A stretch of DNA of 63,777 nucleotides, filler included, from Octopus bimaculoides (lineage: Eukaryota), in NCBI RefSeq assembly GCF_001194135.2. It is 7 parts of 7 records of this genome, joined end to end, with 100 filler letters (N's around TTAATTAATTAA, not from the genome) between each part and the next. Parts side by side here need not be neighbours in the genome. Positions count along the whole stretch, not along the records: positions 44,255 to 54,820 come from NC_068990.1; positions 54,921 to 56,617 come from NW_026326942.1; positions 56,718 to 63,777 come from NC_068986.1; 4 more parts are not named here. One strand, written 5' to 3'. How positions within the stretch are numbered: the stretch's first letter is position 1; every line of letters starts with the position of its first letter. The position numbers and the translations under genes were made by a program. Under the pieces are notes generated by a model, which was not told the origin of the DNA, made no database searches, and saw only the letters and a list, made by a program, of their open reading frames with translations. Positions 51,787-63,720 of the stretch are shown piece after piece.

Positions 51787-52547
51787 GGCGTGCGCATATG
51801 TATGTGTGTATGAGTGTACGTATATATGCATATATGATATGTATGTGTGTAGGGCTGCAAATGACTGACTGCCGCTCTGTCAAACGACCAGGTGGCAGGG
51901 GCGGGTTAATCAGAGAGTTATGTTTATTCTCTCAGCCAAACGTTTATGGCTACACAGATTCATGTGTGTGTGTGTGTGCGCGCGCGCGCGTGTGTGTATG
52001 TGTGTGTGTGTGTGAAATAAGTATATATATATATATTAAAAACAATTCGTTGACCAAACAAAACAGCTAAAATGTGCTAAGTAGTCAAATGCTTTTTTTG
52101 TTGTTGTTTGCTATATTCTTAAACTTCTATAAAACAACATCAGTTACTATTTAAGACAACAATAATATTGACAATAGTGATTATAATAACAGTGATCGCA
52201 ACAAGAATAAAAAAAAGTTGTGTGTCTTGAGATAGCGCGAGATATTGGAATTAACAGAGTGATTTAAAAACTGCAAGTCTGTTAGTTTAATACGATTTCT
52301 CACATTGCAAAAATAGTGTGACGGTACATACGAACTCCATCGCCTTAAGACATTGCGCAAATTTCGTCATAAATGCGATATCATAAGAGATAATAAGTGA
52401 GACGACGAATGTAATTCAGCAATATCATATTAATGCAGATACTGGTGTCAGCATTCTAAATAATCGCATTGCTAAATTAATGATAGATTATAATTATTAT
52501 TCTTATTTTCATTGTTATTACCATTAATATCGTCGTCGTCGTCGTTG

Positions 52548-52604
<57 letters not shown>

Positions 52605-52879
52605 CCAACAATCGTTTTATCATTGTTATCATCTAGTAGTCTTAGTTTTTCATTGTTGTGTGCTTTGGACATGTGCTGTTGTTTGCTTTCATGTTGCGAT
52701 TTTTGCGCCATCGAATGTACTTTACACAAGGTGTGTGCGTTGTCTAGCAGTTCTACTTTGTGCGCGCGTGTGTGTATATATCATGTGTTTTCATTGTGTA
52801 TATATATATATATATATATATAATTAATCCCCCCACCAACAAAATGGAGAAAAAACACAAGAAAAAACAACAACAATGC

Positions 52880-53195
52880 GAGTACGTGAAGAAGCATAGC
52901 TCAGTGGTTATAGTCATGAGGTAGTGAGTTCGATCACCGAACCGGGCTGTGATTTGTGTTCTTGAGCAAGACACTCTATTTCATGTTGTTCCTGCTTACT
53001 CAGATGTAGAAATGAGTTGCGATGTCACACATGCCAAACTGTATCGGCCTTTGCCTCTCCCTTGGATAATACCGGTGGCGTGAAGAAGGGTGGCTGGTAT
53101 GCATAGGCGACTGCTGGTCCTCCATAAACGACCTTTCCCGGACTTGTGCCTCGGAGGAGAACTTTCTAGGTGCAATCCCATGGTCATTCATATAT
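52880..53195 (+). mobile_element. tRNA-headed SINE with a ttgagcaagacac core
   Basis: tagctcagtgg A-box, gagttcgatc B-box. Confidence 0.8.
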
Positions 53196-53389
53196 GTAAG
53201 TCCTAGAATTTTGGTTATGTATTTGTCTGCATGATTCTTATTATTATCCTAAAACATCTATTATTATAGGGATTGATTGTTTCATATTTATTTCTAGATT
53301 TTCGTATTTCGATCATTTCTACACTTCTTCAACAAATGATAGTGATCAGTTGGGATTGAAACATTAATTACGAGTCTTTTTTTTGGGGG

Positions 53390-53950
53390 GGTGATCTTTG
53401 AAAACAATATCCGGCCAGTTAGCCATCCCTCCTCTACCTGAGTCTATTGGTATGTGCTCGAATGTAGTTTCTTAGTTATTTTCAGAGACATTTTCTGAGA
53501 TATTCTTATACCATCTCTTTTGACATTCCATAATAACAACTGCCACTCCCATCTCTATCATGTCTGTGGATATATTCCTCTTTGACCAAGACTGGACAAC
53601 CAGAGGCTATACATATTTTTTTTTCTTCCTTCCGCTTCACCACCTATACTGCAGTTACTATATTCTCATTCCTTATGAGTTTTCGGTGATGATCTTGTTC
53701 TGCAATTAAGAAACACTTCATTCTTCTCTGAGCACCGCGCTTCTCAGCCAGTATTGAGATTTTTCTCTATTTCTATTCTGTACAACTTATTCCTGTATTT
53801 GCCATATAGGAGCTTTTCTTACCATCGTTTTCTCAAGCTATTTGTATTTCCAGTTTACAGCTTTTTATTTCTCATTTTGCTTCATAGCTATCAGTAAACG
53901 CGGCCTCTACTCTGTATTTTTCGGTTTTCTTGAAGACAGAAAACTGTTTT
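53390..53950 (-). mobile_element. Old R4/Dong-clade LINE fragment
   Basis: WLRSAVL..FLIAEQD..IASGCPVLVKEEYIHRHD..NWPDIVFKD, frameshifted. Confidence 0.75.
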
Positions 53951-53956
53951 TGCTAA

Positions 53957-54480
53957 TGGTTGTTGTTGTTGTTGTTGTTGTTGTTGTTCTTCTTCTTCTT
54001 CTTCTTCTTCTTCTTCTTCTTCTTCTTCTTCTCCTCCTTCTTCTTCTTCTTCTTCTTCTTCTTCTTCTCCTTCTTCTTCTTCTCCTTCTTCTTCTTCTTC
54101 TTCTTCTCCTCTTCTTCTTCTTCTTCTTCTCCTCCTCCTTCTTCTTCTTCTTCTTCTTCTTCTTCTTCTCCTCCTCCTCCTCCTCCTCCTCCTCCTTCTT
54201 CTTCTTCTTCTTCTTCTTCTTCCTCCTTCTTCTTCTTCTTCTTCTTCTTCTTCTTCTTCTTCTTCTTCTTCTTCTTCTTCTTCTTTCTCCTCATACCCCT
54301 CATCATCATCATCACCATCACCATCACTGTTCCGCCCTCCTCCTTCTTGTTCTTATTATCATTATTCATTTTATATTAATATTTATTTTGCTACAATGTT
54401 TCTCTTCTTTACTATTTATCAATATTGTCATTATCATCATCATCGTTATCACCGTCATCACCATTATTATTATTATTTTA
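53957..54480. repeat. Large compound trinucleotide microsatellite (GTT/CTT/CCT/CAT/ATT)
   Basis: Direct; source of the poly-L/F/S/K/E ORFs. Confidence 0.95.
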
Positions 54481-54820
54481 TGTTTGACTTTTGTTTTGCA
54501 TTTGTACAAGTTGGATCCAAGTCTCACCCAGAGACCTCAAGAGACAACAAGTTAGAAGTTCATGTAGGTGTTATGCCTAGGGTACCATATATTTGGATTT
54601 GTACAGTTTTGTTCAAGTGAATGTTTAAGAAACCATAAGAAAATTATGTTTGCTTTAAAATTTGAGATCACATAGACAGTATTTTACGTAGGATATGGGC
54701 AGTTCCCATGAGCACTATCTTTTGGACTTCAGCCATTTTGGGGTTTCCTGGTATCTGAGCTAGGTAGTAATCAGCCCGTTTCGCTGTCATTCCCAGGGCA
54801 CCTATGACAATAGGTATTGT
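54481..54820 (-). mobile_element. R4/Dong-clade LINE 3' end with (TAA)n tail
   Basis: TIPIVIGALG..QIPGNPKMAEVQ..LMGTAHILRKILSM*. Confidence 0.88.
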
Positions 54821-54920
54821 NNNNNNNNNNNNNNNNNNNNNNNNNNNNNNNNNNNNNNNNNNNNTTAATTAATTAANNNNNNNNNNNNNNNNNNNNNNNN
54901 NNNNNNNNNNNNNNNNNNNN
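54821..54920. other. Artificial scaffold join
   Basis: N44-TTAATTAATTAA-N44. Confidence 0.97.
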
Positions 54921-55229
54921 TTTTTATGCTTATGATGCACAAAAATGGATATTCGATTCGTTGCAGAAAAAAGAAACAAATTTTCTCTTATGAGATTTGA
55001 TGCGGCAGAATTTTTTCCAATATAGCGTTTTAAACTTTCCTTGTTCACACATCCACGTGAATGTACGTGAGCGCCTGCGCGCGCGTGTGTATGTATGTGT
55101 GTGTGTGTGTGCGTATGTTATACAATGCCATTTTATCACATCCCTTATCTATTAAGGTTGTATATTTGCCCCACAAATCTTTGTACATTGATGCTGTAGT
55201 ACGATGCGCCTTAGTATCACGCACATCAA

Positions 55230-55291
55230 TTAACATCATCAACATCATCATCATCATCATCGTCATCGTCGTTGTCGTCGTCGTCGTCGTT

Positions 55292-55344
<53 letters not shown>

Positions 55345-55535
55345 TATCATCCTCAACATCATCATCCTCAACATCATCATCATCATCATCATCATCATCA
55401 ACATCATCACCACTACCATCATCATCATCAACTTCAACATCATCATCTTCATTATCAATCTCATCGTCACCATCAGCATCTTCCTCCTCACCATCATCAT
55501 CATCGCTATCATTATCATTATTATTATTATTATCA

Positions 55536-55586
<51 letters not shown>
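55230..55586. repeat. Compound (CAT)/(CGT)/(ATT) microsatellite
   Basis: Direct. Confidence 0.95.
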
Positions 55587-56249
55587 CCCGATGAATATGA
55601 ACACAAGGATATATTCATCGCGATTCTTGGAAAATCTTCAGGTAGAATAATTGGATATAGCAAACTATGTTTTCTTTGGACTCTTTATTGAAACCATATT
55701 TACTTTGGAAGAATTTTATTTATTTTTTTATAACTTTATTTGCAAAACTCATCATGTTTCCAAATTTAATGTGTGAAAATGAAACAACTAAACTGTTATC
55801 CTCATAATTTATTATGATAATATCCTTTACTATCTTTATCCGTATATATTATATACACTTTCAGAAAAGAATTAGATATACGTGGTTATATTATACCTTT
55901 ACAAATTAGTGTAACTATTTTCCCTGAATCTACACTACCTATTTTTTATAAATATATTGCCATTAACATGTCTGTGTTAGTCTTTGATATTTTCATATGG
56001 TGATTAAGATAATTTAGATTTCAAAGAGGCATCGAGTTCTTCGGGAGATTTGCGGAAAATCAAATACGAAGGGAATGTAAAAATAACAGAATATGGTGAA
56101 CCGTTGATATTATGCGCCAGGGATCACTAGTCATATAGGGGACACCAGATCATGATCAGGAGCATGTGCTAGAAATGCTAGGAATTTCATCAATGTAAAT
56201 AAAGATTTCAAAAATCGGCACGAAGTCACAAATTTCTTCTTCTTCTTCG

Positions 56250-56293
<44 letters not shown>

Positions 56294-56336
56294 TTTTTCT
56301 TCTTCTTCTTCTTCTTCTTCTTCTTCTTTTCTTCTT

Positions 56337-56367
<31 letters not shown>

Positions 56368-56573
56368 TTATTATTATTATTATTAATATTATTCTCCCTC
56401 CTCCTCCTCCACCACCACCACTACCACCACCACCATACATACATACATTCACACATATATGCACACACACAAAATATACATTTTCTCGTTTCAAATCCGC
56501 CATACTACTGTATATCTTTAGAGACGCTGTGAAATATATAGAAAGCATTATACGGACACCGCCACACGCAGCG

Positions 56574-56617
<44 letters not shown>

Positions 56618-56717
56618 NNNNNNNNNNNNNNNNNNNNNNNNNNNNNNNNNNNNNNNNNNNNTTAATTAATTAANNNNNNNNNNNNNNNNNNNNNNNNNNN
56701 NNNNNNNNNNNNNNNNN
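56618..56717. other. Artificial scaffold join
   Basis: N44-TTAATTAATTAA-N44. Confidence 0.97.
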
Positions 56718-56741
56718 ATATATATATATATATATATATAC

Positions 56742-56900
56742 CATCATCATCATCATTTTTGATGTTCACATTTCCATGCATATATAAGTAAGATGGAACT
56801 AGTTGAGGTAGATTTTCTATAGCTGGATGCCCTTCCCATCACTGAATCTCTTCTGTTCCCAAGCAAGGTTATATTTTTCTGTGGCTGGGCATGTTTTCAT
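56742..56900 (-). mobile_element. RTE-type 3' end
   Basis: catcatcat...tttccatgc...tagctggatgccctt; similar minus copies at ~58430-58575 and ~61610-61740. Confidence 0.7.
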
Positions 56901-57439
56901 GGAAGATTCGAGTTAAATTCACCTCTAGGTGGTAAATTTTGCCTGCACAAGTGACAAATATGTTGCCCCTAAATTTGATCATACTTTTTATAATAATAGT
57001 TTTAAAAATATCTGAAGTTGAAAAGTAAATTTGATGTAGGCTTATTTTGTGAAAAAATACTAATTTCTTTCCTTCTCTTACTTGGATTTAATGATTGTTA
57101 TTGTATACTTCTTAATTACTAAATTATTGATGGAGAAGTCTAATTCAGAAAATTCAGAAGACTGTGTTTGGTTCTGGTATCTATTCATCATTAGTTCATG
57201 AATAAATGAAATAACATTGCTCTGTGCTATTTTTATTGTCTAAAAACATTATTTTAAGTTTCCTCTTTGTCAGTTGTTTTATTATGATAAATGTGTAAAC
57301 TCAAATTACTGAACAAAGTAGAGTTAGGGTTAATTTAATTGCAAAAACTTGCCAGATGGTAAATAGAATAAAAAGGGTTTGGAACCTCTAAAATAGGCAA
57401 TTTAGACGAGTAAATTCAAGCTTTTTGAAGTCAATTAGT

Positions 57440-57745
57440 GAAGAAATGTGGCTTAGTGGTTTGGGGTATTTGGCTTACAATTGTGAGATTATGAGTTCGA
57501 TCCCCAGTAGTGCATTGTATCCTTGAGCAAGATACTTTATTTCACCTTGCCCCAGTCTACTCATCTTGCAAAAATGAGTTGTACCTGTAGTTCAGAGGGC
57601 TAGTCTTGTCACATTCTGAGAACTATTTTAAGGGTGTGTGTGTCTGTAGAATTCTAAGCCACTTGCATGCTAGTTTCATGAGTAGGCTGTTCTGTTGATC
57701 AGATCAATGGGAATCCTTGTCAGCTTAACCAACGGTGTGCCAGGA
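57440..57745 (+). mobile_element. Degenerate tRNA-headed SINE with a family 3-like tail
   Basis: tggcttagtgg A-box, gagttcgatcccc B-box, ccttgagcaagatac core. Confidence 0.8.
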
Positions 57746-58157
57746 AGCAAGGTGTGTTACATATACTTTGAAAGTTATCTACGCACTCTGTTACTGTGGA
57801 TTTGAAATACTGATGCTTACACTAGTGCAATATACCAGCTAACTAAAGATTATACAACCCATTTATGCACTTAGTGCCATTTGTGCACTTAGTATTTTCC
57901 ATAATTTTAACCCATATATGCCCACAAAAAAATGAAGTCTTAAAATTTCATAGTATTTAGATTAAACGTTATGGTAAGCTTTCACAATCTGGAAGAGAAG
58001 GACAGTATGCAACTGTTAGCCATGGATGTTGACTACCTACTGAACATTTTGCATGCTCAGTCAGATGCTCCTTGGCGAGTTCATGTCTAAACAAGTAGGA
58101 GCAGGTTTTGCATCACGAAAATACAACCAAGGGTATATATGGGCTAACTCATATACT

Positions 58158-58365
58158 CTGAGCTGGCAGAATTGATACCATGCCGGTTGAAATGCTTAGC
58201 GGCTTTCATCTGTCTTTACATTCTGAGTTCAAATTCCACCAGGGTCAACTTTGCTTTTCATCATATCGAAGTTGATAAAACAAGTACTAGTTGGGCACTG
58301 AGGTTGATCTAATCGACTTGACCCCTCTCCCAAAATTGCTGGCCTTGTGTCAAAATCTGAAACCA
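58158..58365 (+). mobile_element. SINE family 2
   Basis: gagctggcagaattg...gagttcaaattccaccagggtcaactttg. Confidence 0.88.
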
Positions 58366-58669
58366 ATAATTTGCTAGAAAAATATTTTTTACTACTCCCT
58401 AGCTGAGCAATAATTTTGTCATACACACTATCATTATCATATAACAACCGCTTTTCTAAACTTCCATTCTCAGATGGAATTGTTGAAGCAGATTTCTACA
58501 GCCAAATGCCCTTCTCGGCATTAGCCCTCACCTGTTTCCAAGTAAGGTAATATTTCCCCATGGCTAGTCATGTTTTTCTTTTATACAGAAAATTGAAGAT
58601 GCACAATATGGTTGTATGTTGCTGCTGCTGATGCTCATTTACAGTCTTCACTTGTTGTCTAGACAAGAG

Positions 58670-58753
<84 letters not shown>

Positions 58754-59186
58754 TGTATGTATGTGTGTGTGAGTGTGTGCATATATGTGCATTGTGCATG
58801 TGTTTGTGTTTGTCCCCCACCAATGCTTGACAGCTAGTATTGGCTTAATACAATTCTATATTTAAGAGATGAGGAATTATGTACATTATCTACATTATTT
58901 ACATTCGATGGATATTTGTCCTCATCTTGTTTGTTGTTAAATCAGGTATAGCTGATCATGTATAGAAAAATAGAGACCACCTCCCCCTGTGGGATGAAGT
59001 TAAAATAATAGACAGAGAACACCACTGGAAAATACAAAACCTAAAAGAAGCAGCAAATATGCTAGGACACAACAACCTCCTAAGCAGACCGAGTGCAGAT
59101 ATGAGCAGCATATGGGAACCAGTATTAAGGAAGGATAGAAAAATATTAGATTTAAAAGCCTTAAAATTCACTCCATAATTGCCCAT

Positions 59187-59260
59187 GGGCATATGGCATA
59201 GTGGTCAAGAGCACGGGCTACTAACCCCAAGATCCCGAGTTTGATTCCAAGCAGTGACTT
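59187..59260 (+). promoter_or_regulatory. tRNA-like Pol III internal promoter inside the PLE 3' region
   Basis: A-box TGGCATAGTGG (59194-59204), B-box GTTTGATTCC (59239-59248), anticodon-like loop CTACTAA. Confidence 0.75.
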
Positions 59261-59351
59261 GAACAACAACAACAATAATAATAATGATAATAACAACAAC
59301 AACATTGAAAAATACCTTAGGAATGAGAACCCAGGTTCGAAATTTCCCCAA

Positions 59352-59395
59352 GACACCTGAAGAAGGCTGGAGGGTATCAGCCGAAATGTTGTGTT
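59352..59395 (+). ncRNA. Minimal type I hammerhead ribozyme (one probable CpG-decay change)
   Basis: gacac-CTGAAGA-a-ggctgg(agggta)tcagcc-GAAA-tgtt-gtgtt: stem I gacac/gtgtt, stem II ggctgg/tcagcc, catalytic core intact. Confidence 0.7.
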
Positions 59396-60232
59396 AACAA
59401 CAAACAAGACGAGGACAAAAATCCGTCGAATGTAAATGATGTAAATAATGCAGTATTGGTTTGTTTACACCCCTGTAACCTAGTGGTTTTAAAAAAGAGA
59501 ATATGAAATAAGTACTAGACAGAAAAGATAAGTCCTGAAGTCAATTTGCTCAACTAAACCCTTCAAAGTGGTGCCCAAGCATGGCTGCAGCCCAATGATT
59601 GTAATACATAGAAGATAGAAAAATAAGTGACAATGAGTCACTGAATTTGCAACAAGCAAAGTAGCTAGTTAGAAAATCTCTACAAGAAAAAAGACATGAG
59701 AGAAAAAATATGACAGAAAAAAGAAATGGGAGTGTCATAGTAGAAATGTTCTTAATCATAAGTCTGGCAGATCAGAGCAAACCTGTGTGCAAACAACAGT
59801 AAAACCAAATTCCCTTAGTTCTTATCAAAGTTCATGTAACTTCATTTGTCATGATGTCAAGAAGAAACAGTTCATAACAATCTAAAAGATGTGGTTTATT
59901 TCACACAAGGATGTGCTAATTTGCATATTGGTTTTAGTTCAAAAAAATATTCAGAAATAACTAACACCCGAACATGGTATGAATATTTTAAAACACATAA
60001 TATTCATAGGTATATCTATATGCTTAAAACATATGTATATGTATGTATGATCTTAATGTGAGCAAGAAAGTTGGAGGTATAACTAAAGTTCTTGGCACTG
60101 TTATGTGGCTATTGAATTTATTCCAGTTTCAAGCTTCCATTGGTCCTTCTTTGACCTCATTTAACTCTGCAGTAGATATCAAGAACAGTTCGATTCTTAC
60201 TTGCATCATACTACTAAGAATTTATATATATA

Positions 60233-60270
<38 letters not shown>

Positions 60271-60727
60271 NNNNNNNNNNNNNNNNNNNNNNNNNNNNNN
60301 NNNNNNNNNNNNNNNNNNNNNNNNNNNNNNNNNNNNNNNNNNNNNNNNNNNNNNNNNNNNNNNNNNNNNNNNNNNNNNNNNNNNNNNNNNNNNNNNNNNN
60401 NNNNNNNNNNNNNNNNNNNNNNNNNNNNNNNNNNNNNNNNNNNNNNNNNNNNNNNNNNNNNNNNNNNNNNNNNNNNNNNNNNNNNNNNNNNNNNNNNNNN
60501 NNNNNNNNNNNNNNNNNNNNNNNNNNNNNNNNNNNNNNNNNNNNNNNNNNNNNNNNNNNTTATGTATACATTTATATATAACTCAGAGTTATTAATGAGA
60601 GTTATTAATATTTTACAAGCTCTCAGTTAATACACCAGACTAGCAAGGTTTTTTAGATTAGTAAAGAGCTCCTTGTATTCCTAGTTGTACTTGTCTTTTA
60701 CACTGAATGATTATTTATGCTTTGTCT

Positions 60728-60763
<36 letters not shown>

Positions 60764-61068
60764 TAGATAGATAGATACATATACATACACACATATACAT
60801 ATATATATACACACACACATATATATTATATATGTATATATGTATATGTGTATACATGTGTGTAGACTTACATGTTTGTGTGTTAACAAAAACACAAATA
60901 TCTATATGTATTTGTGTGTGCATATTTTACATATACTTTTGTCTGTGTATGCATAACATCTTTAACAATACTATTATTAGGTCCCACTAGATTTCCCCTC
61001 TCCATCTGGTTGTGCTATATGTCTTGGCAATACATCTATCAAGTCCCTCCATACTTTCCTTTGTACAG

Positions 61069-61094
61069 TTATTTTTTAAAGCTCTTCCAATGGG
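61069..61094 (+). CDS. Candidate 26-nt exon LFFKALPM(G)
   Basis: tactttcctttgtacag acceptor, GGG|GTATGT donor. Confidence 0.45.
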
Positions 61095-61174
61095 GTATGT
61101 ATGCATATTTTCCAGTGACCTCCAGTTATATTGAGACTGTTATACAAAGTCACTCGGAGAATTCTGTTTGGCAG

Positions 61175-61208
61175 GCTACAGAATTTTGTTGAACCCTGCT
61201 ACATTAAA
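61175..61208 (+). CDS. Candidate 34-nt exon LQNFVEPCYIK
   Basis: ttctgtttggcag acceptor, AAA|GTAATC donor; phases 2/0 fit both neighbours; 80-nt intron upstream. Confidence 0.4.
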
Positions 61209-61448
61209 GTAATCCATCACAGCAATATTTGCATATTACGAGGATATGATGAGACTTGAAACTTCTGTTAACAAACCACTAGATTTAACTCATTATCATA
61301 TTGTATGTAGTCTTGTATAAAAATACTGTGTGTGGTGTATAATATAGTGCATTGTGCACGTGTATGCTTGTGAGTCTTTAAATAAATCATACATGTATAC
61401 ACACATAATTTGTGTCTGTATGTATCTCTCTATCTCTCTATCTCTCTC

Positions 61449-61485
<37 letters not shown>

Positions 61486-61509
61486 TTATCTATCTATCTA
61501 CATATATAT

Positions 61510-61602
<93 letters not shown>

Positions 61603-61842
61603 CACACATATCATCATTTTTAATGTCCACTTTTCCATGACTGTTTGGGTCTGAAGAGAATTTATTGAGGTAAATTTTCTACAGCTGGATGCTCTTCCTC
61701 TCACCGGTAATATTTCCCATGACTGAACATGTTTACAGAGAAGACCGGAATCAAATGGTGCCATGTTTATGATGATGACACTTGTTTATAACTATCATGT
61801 GACATCAAGATGAAGAGGCACAAACACATTCACAAATGCATA

Positions 61843-61879
<37 letters not shown>

Positions 61880-62639
61880 ATATATGACATGCTTCTTTCA
61901 GTTTCCATTTACAAAATCCATTCACTAGGCCACTTATCACCTCCTCCTCCCTGATTCATTTCTGTTTACTTCAACTTATCCCCACAGAATGATATTCATC
62001 ACTGACCCCCACCATTCCCCTCACCTGTTTCTCTCTTTCTCTCTCTCCATCCTCTTCTCATTCCCCTACTTGTATCTGAAAGATATGTCCTGACACCTCA
62101 TCACTACCATCCTTCTCTTTCCATTCCCAGCTAGAGTAGTCCTGTATCTCCTTTCCAGCAATTCATCTCTTCATATTCCTCTATTATCGTCTTGCTTTTC
62201 AACACCCCTGGCATATTGTTACCTACCTCAATGTGACACCCTACTCAGTCAGGAGGTCATGACTTGTGAGCTATTTGGTGACCTCACTAGTGTTGTTGAC
62301 ATGGAAAAAAAGGTACCTAGTACACACTGCAAAGTTGTTGGCGTGAGGAAAGGCATCCAGCTGCAGAAACTATGTCAAAACAATCATTGGTACTTAATGT
62401 AGTGCTCTGACCTGCCAGGTCTTGTCAAACACTCCAAGCATGGAGTGTCAGGAGGAATGTGGATTTTAAATGATGATGATGTACATTGCATTCACACACA
62501 CACACATGTTGGTTTATGCAGCATAATGACAAAACAACAACAACAACAAAATACATTAGGATTAAGTATCTCACTTATAGATGTAAAAATTGACATAAGA
62601 AAAGGCATCATGTCCTAGAATATAGCATCAATAAGTTTT

Positions 62640-62935
62640 ATTCAATCCATTTCGAGCGAAATCGTTGCCAGTGCCCCTGGACTGGCTCTTGTGCGGGTGG
62701 CACATAAAAGACACCATTTCGAGCGTGGCCGTTTTCGTGCGGGTGACATGTAAAAGCACCCACTACACTCTCTGAGTGGTTGGCGTTAGGAAGGGCATCC
62801 AGCTGTAGAAACTCTGCCAAATTAGATTGGAGCCTGGTGTTGCCATCCGGTTTCACCAGTCCTCAGTCAAATCGTCCAACCCATGCTAGCATGGAAGGCG
62901 GACGTTAAACGATGATGATGATGATGATGATGCTG
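62640..62935 (+). mobile_element. Young RTE-type 3' end with (GAT)n tail
   Basis: cactacactctctgagtggttggcgttaggaagggcatccagctgtagaaac...ggacgttaaacgatgatgat; an older copy lies at ~62250-62480. Confidence 0.88.
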
Positions 62936-62998
62936 GCATGGAGAAAGTGAATGCAAAAGCAATGAAGATCTATTTTACCTTACTTTCCCTTTCTACAG

Positions 62999-63012
62999 TT
63001 TGAAAGGCTGAG
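62999..63012 (+). CDS. Candidate 14-nt microexon FERL(R/S)
   Basis: Very strong acceptor ttttaccttactttccctttctacag, GAG|GTAAGC donor, single open frame. Confidence 0.55.
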
Positions 63013-63536
63013 GTAAGCAATTCTTGATTACTTTTTAAGATGAACAAAACGATTTGATCCTCCAAGCCATCAAAGGCTTTGTGGTTTAACCACGGGGTCT
63101 TGTTTTCACAGCAAGACTAAATACACGTTTATTAAACATATGGCTGTGACTCTGTATGCATATATTAATTCAACTCTATAAATATCTTATGGTATTCTCT
63201 TTAAGTATTAATTCAGCTACCTATGTGTCAAACAGAGCTGTGTCAAGCAAAGCTGACTTTGATTATTCAACAGCAACAACAATGCTAAGATAATGGAAAC
63301 TTATCTCATAATATAGACTTTTAAAACTGTAATGTAAGTTGGTAGCATAAATAAGCATAATAATACGAAATATGCCAAGACGCTAACCAAAAGTGTGGGT
63401 GTATGTCAGATCTGTCATTTACCGTCTTTTTTTGTTTTTCATTATTTTCTCTTTAGGTAAACAATTTGATTCTTTGAACAATCCAATCTCAAAATTTACA
63501 TAATATTTTTACATTTCTATTCAAATGCTGTTATGG

Positions 63537-63720
63537 ATGAGATTGTTTATAAATTTTGGCTGTGTGGTTAAGGAGTTTCATTTCCAGTCATAATGTTTCA
63601 GGTTCAGTCTCAGTGTGTGGCTGCTTGGGTAAGTGTCTTCTACTCTAGCGCCTGACTGACTAAAGCTGTGAATGTTATGAGTAGATTTGTTGGATGGAAG
63701 CTGAAAGAAGCTCTTTGCAT
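63537..63720 (+). mobile_element. Degenerate SINE family 1, 5' half
   Basis: tggctgtgtggttaag...ggttcagtctc...gggtaagtgtcttctactc. Confidence 0.8.

Larger units (their letters stand above)
58849..59450 (+). mobile_element. Penelope-like element (PLE): inverted 3' terminus plus GIY-YIG C-terminal remnant
   Basis: KSGIADHV*KNRDHLPLWDEVKIIDREHHWKIQNLKEAANM.. (58939-59178); 58884-58940 is the reverse complement of 59394-59450; TSD-like agtattggctt / agtattggttt. Confidence 0.8.
58800..59610 (+). mobile_element. SINE family 1, 3' half, interrupted by a Penelope-like element
   Basis: tttgtcccccaccaatgcttgaca resumes after the insertion as gtttacacccctgtaacctag...gtggtgcccaagcatggctgcag. Confidence 0.8.

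Noticed and set aside
57954-57973. Possible 13- or 20-nt microexon before ATG|GTAAGC
   Set aside because: Acceptor is ambiguous and no support links it to the 61-kb chain
2011-60630. Long ORFs in the track containing X runs
   Set aside because: They are open only because N gaps contain no stops
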